From NCBI GenBank assembly GCA_041666225.1, contig JBAYHJ010000001.1, positions 65,881-129,880 of the forward strand: a stretch of DNA of 64,000 nt, read 5' to 3'. Positions 63,681-64,000 of the stretch are shown here, piece after piece. Under the pieces are notes generated by a model. That model did no database searches. It had not been told where the DNA came from and saw only the letters and a program-made list of their open reading frames with translations. Origin of the DNA: Minisyncoccota bacterium. GTDB lineage: Bacteria > Patescibacteriota > Minisyncoccia > Phycocordibacterales > UBA9973. The position numbers and the translations under genes were made by a program. Positions within the stretch are counted from its first letter, which is position 1. Each line of letters starts with the position of its first letter.

Positions 63681-63797
63681 AGAAAATAAAGAATTAGCTC
63701 TTCTCAAAGGGTACACCAATTTTCTGGTGAAAATTCGTTCAGTTTTCACGCCGACGCGCTCAAAAGCCCCTTTGATAAGACTAATTCTTTATTTTCT
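63681..63797. repeat. 31-bp imperfect inverted repeat flanking a 55-nt core, immediately upstream of a TGCTATAAT-N6-ATG promoter
   Basis: Arms agaaaataaagaattagctcttctcaaaggg / cccctttgataagactaattctttattttct. The core contains a CACCAattttcTGGTG hairpin. Confidence 0.6.
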
Positions 63798-63806
63798 CCA
63801 TCTAGT

Positions 63807-63820
63807 GCTATAATTTCTTT
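63807..63820 (+). promoter_or_regulatory. Extended -10 TGCTATAAT placed 6 nt before the ATG (leaderless-type)
   Basis: Same geometry as upstream of polA and the three cassettes. Confidence 0.45.
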
Positions 63821-64000
63821 ATGAAAGATTTATTATTTTTTTATGGGCTTGAGTGTCCTCATTGTATTATTGCAGAAAAGCATGTAGATAGGCTTATTGG
63901 TGAAGGAGTAGATATAAAAAAGATTGAAGTTTGGCACAATAAAGAAAACGATGAAATGCTAGTTGGCTTAGATGTTGGCGAAGATATGTGTGGGGGAGTA
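63821..64000 (+). CDS. Thioredoxin/glutaredoxin-like protein with CPHC active site (3' partial at window end)
   Basis: MKDLLFFYGLECPHCIIAEKHVDRL... Confidence 0.5.
   Translation, partial: MKDLLFFYGLECPHCIIAEKHVDRLIGEGVDIKKIEVWHNKENDEMLVGLDVGEDMCGGV

Overview
This is an AT-rich bacterial chromosomal segment. The gene inventory resembles a small-genome Patescibacteria/CPR-like organism: many giant K/E/N-rich secreted proteins, a four-helix-bundle protein, a short YidC and no extra metabolism. That affiliation is inference only. The standard genetic code appears to be in use, since conserved housekeeping proteins translate full length.

The window contains the replication-origin neighbourhood. 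On the minus strand are rpmH-rnpA-yidD-yidC-jag, divergent from dnaA-dnaN on the plus strand, with DnaA-box-like 9-mers and an AT-rich stretch between dnaA and dnaN.

Recognisable housekeeping genes are:
- UvrD/PcrA helicase
- rsmA
- a class A PBP
- tyrS
- ruvC-ruvB, with ruvA about 25 kb away
- a PilB/GspE ATPase
- tsaE
- polA
- a holA-like gene
- tRNA-Lys(UUU)
- rsgA
- maf
- a SpoU methyltransferase
- fpg/mutM
- rpsT

The most unusual part is an all-plus-strand accessory block of about 16 kb (11.0-27.5 kb). It encodes giant Cys-rich secreted proteins carrying thrombospondin-type-3-like Ca-binding repeats, plus a compact type IV secretion-like module:
- a VirB6/TrbL-like polytopic membrane protein
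- a PrgI/VirB3-like protein
- a VirB4 ATPase that appears to be interrupted by a single in-frame TAA
- a secreted protein
- a fusion of a pilin-like double-TM segment to a VanY/M15 peptidoglycan hydrolase
- a PG-binding-domain protein

Other notable features:
- A 21-31 nt GC-clamped palindrome family (TGTCCAGGCAAGGCYTGGACA) occurs four times within 1.5 kb, around and inside an IS200/RAYT-like HUH Y1 transposase gene and in-frame inside rsmA (a REP-RAYT-like arrangement).
- A dispersed AT-rich intergenic repeat family (AATTAAGAATTAATAATTAMGAATTAA and variants) occurs at nine or more loci.
- Three copies of a 42-nt conserved promoter cassette end in TGnTATAAT-N6-ATG (leaderless-type starts), and the same TATAAT-N6-ATG geometry occurs at several other genes.
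- A 9.6-copy heptamer microsatellite forms the leader of a surface-protein gene.
- A giant membrane protein carries an FtsK-gamma-like wHTH, and a coiled-coil protein carries DHH phosphoesterase motifs.
- An FAD-oxidase gene is split as two overlapping ORFs (the C-terminal tail ORF overlaps the N-terminal stop by 4 nt).
- A 31-bp inverted repeat sits immediately upstream of a CPHC thioredoxin-like gene.

No CRISPR array, rRNA or reverse transcriptase was seen.
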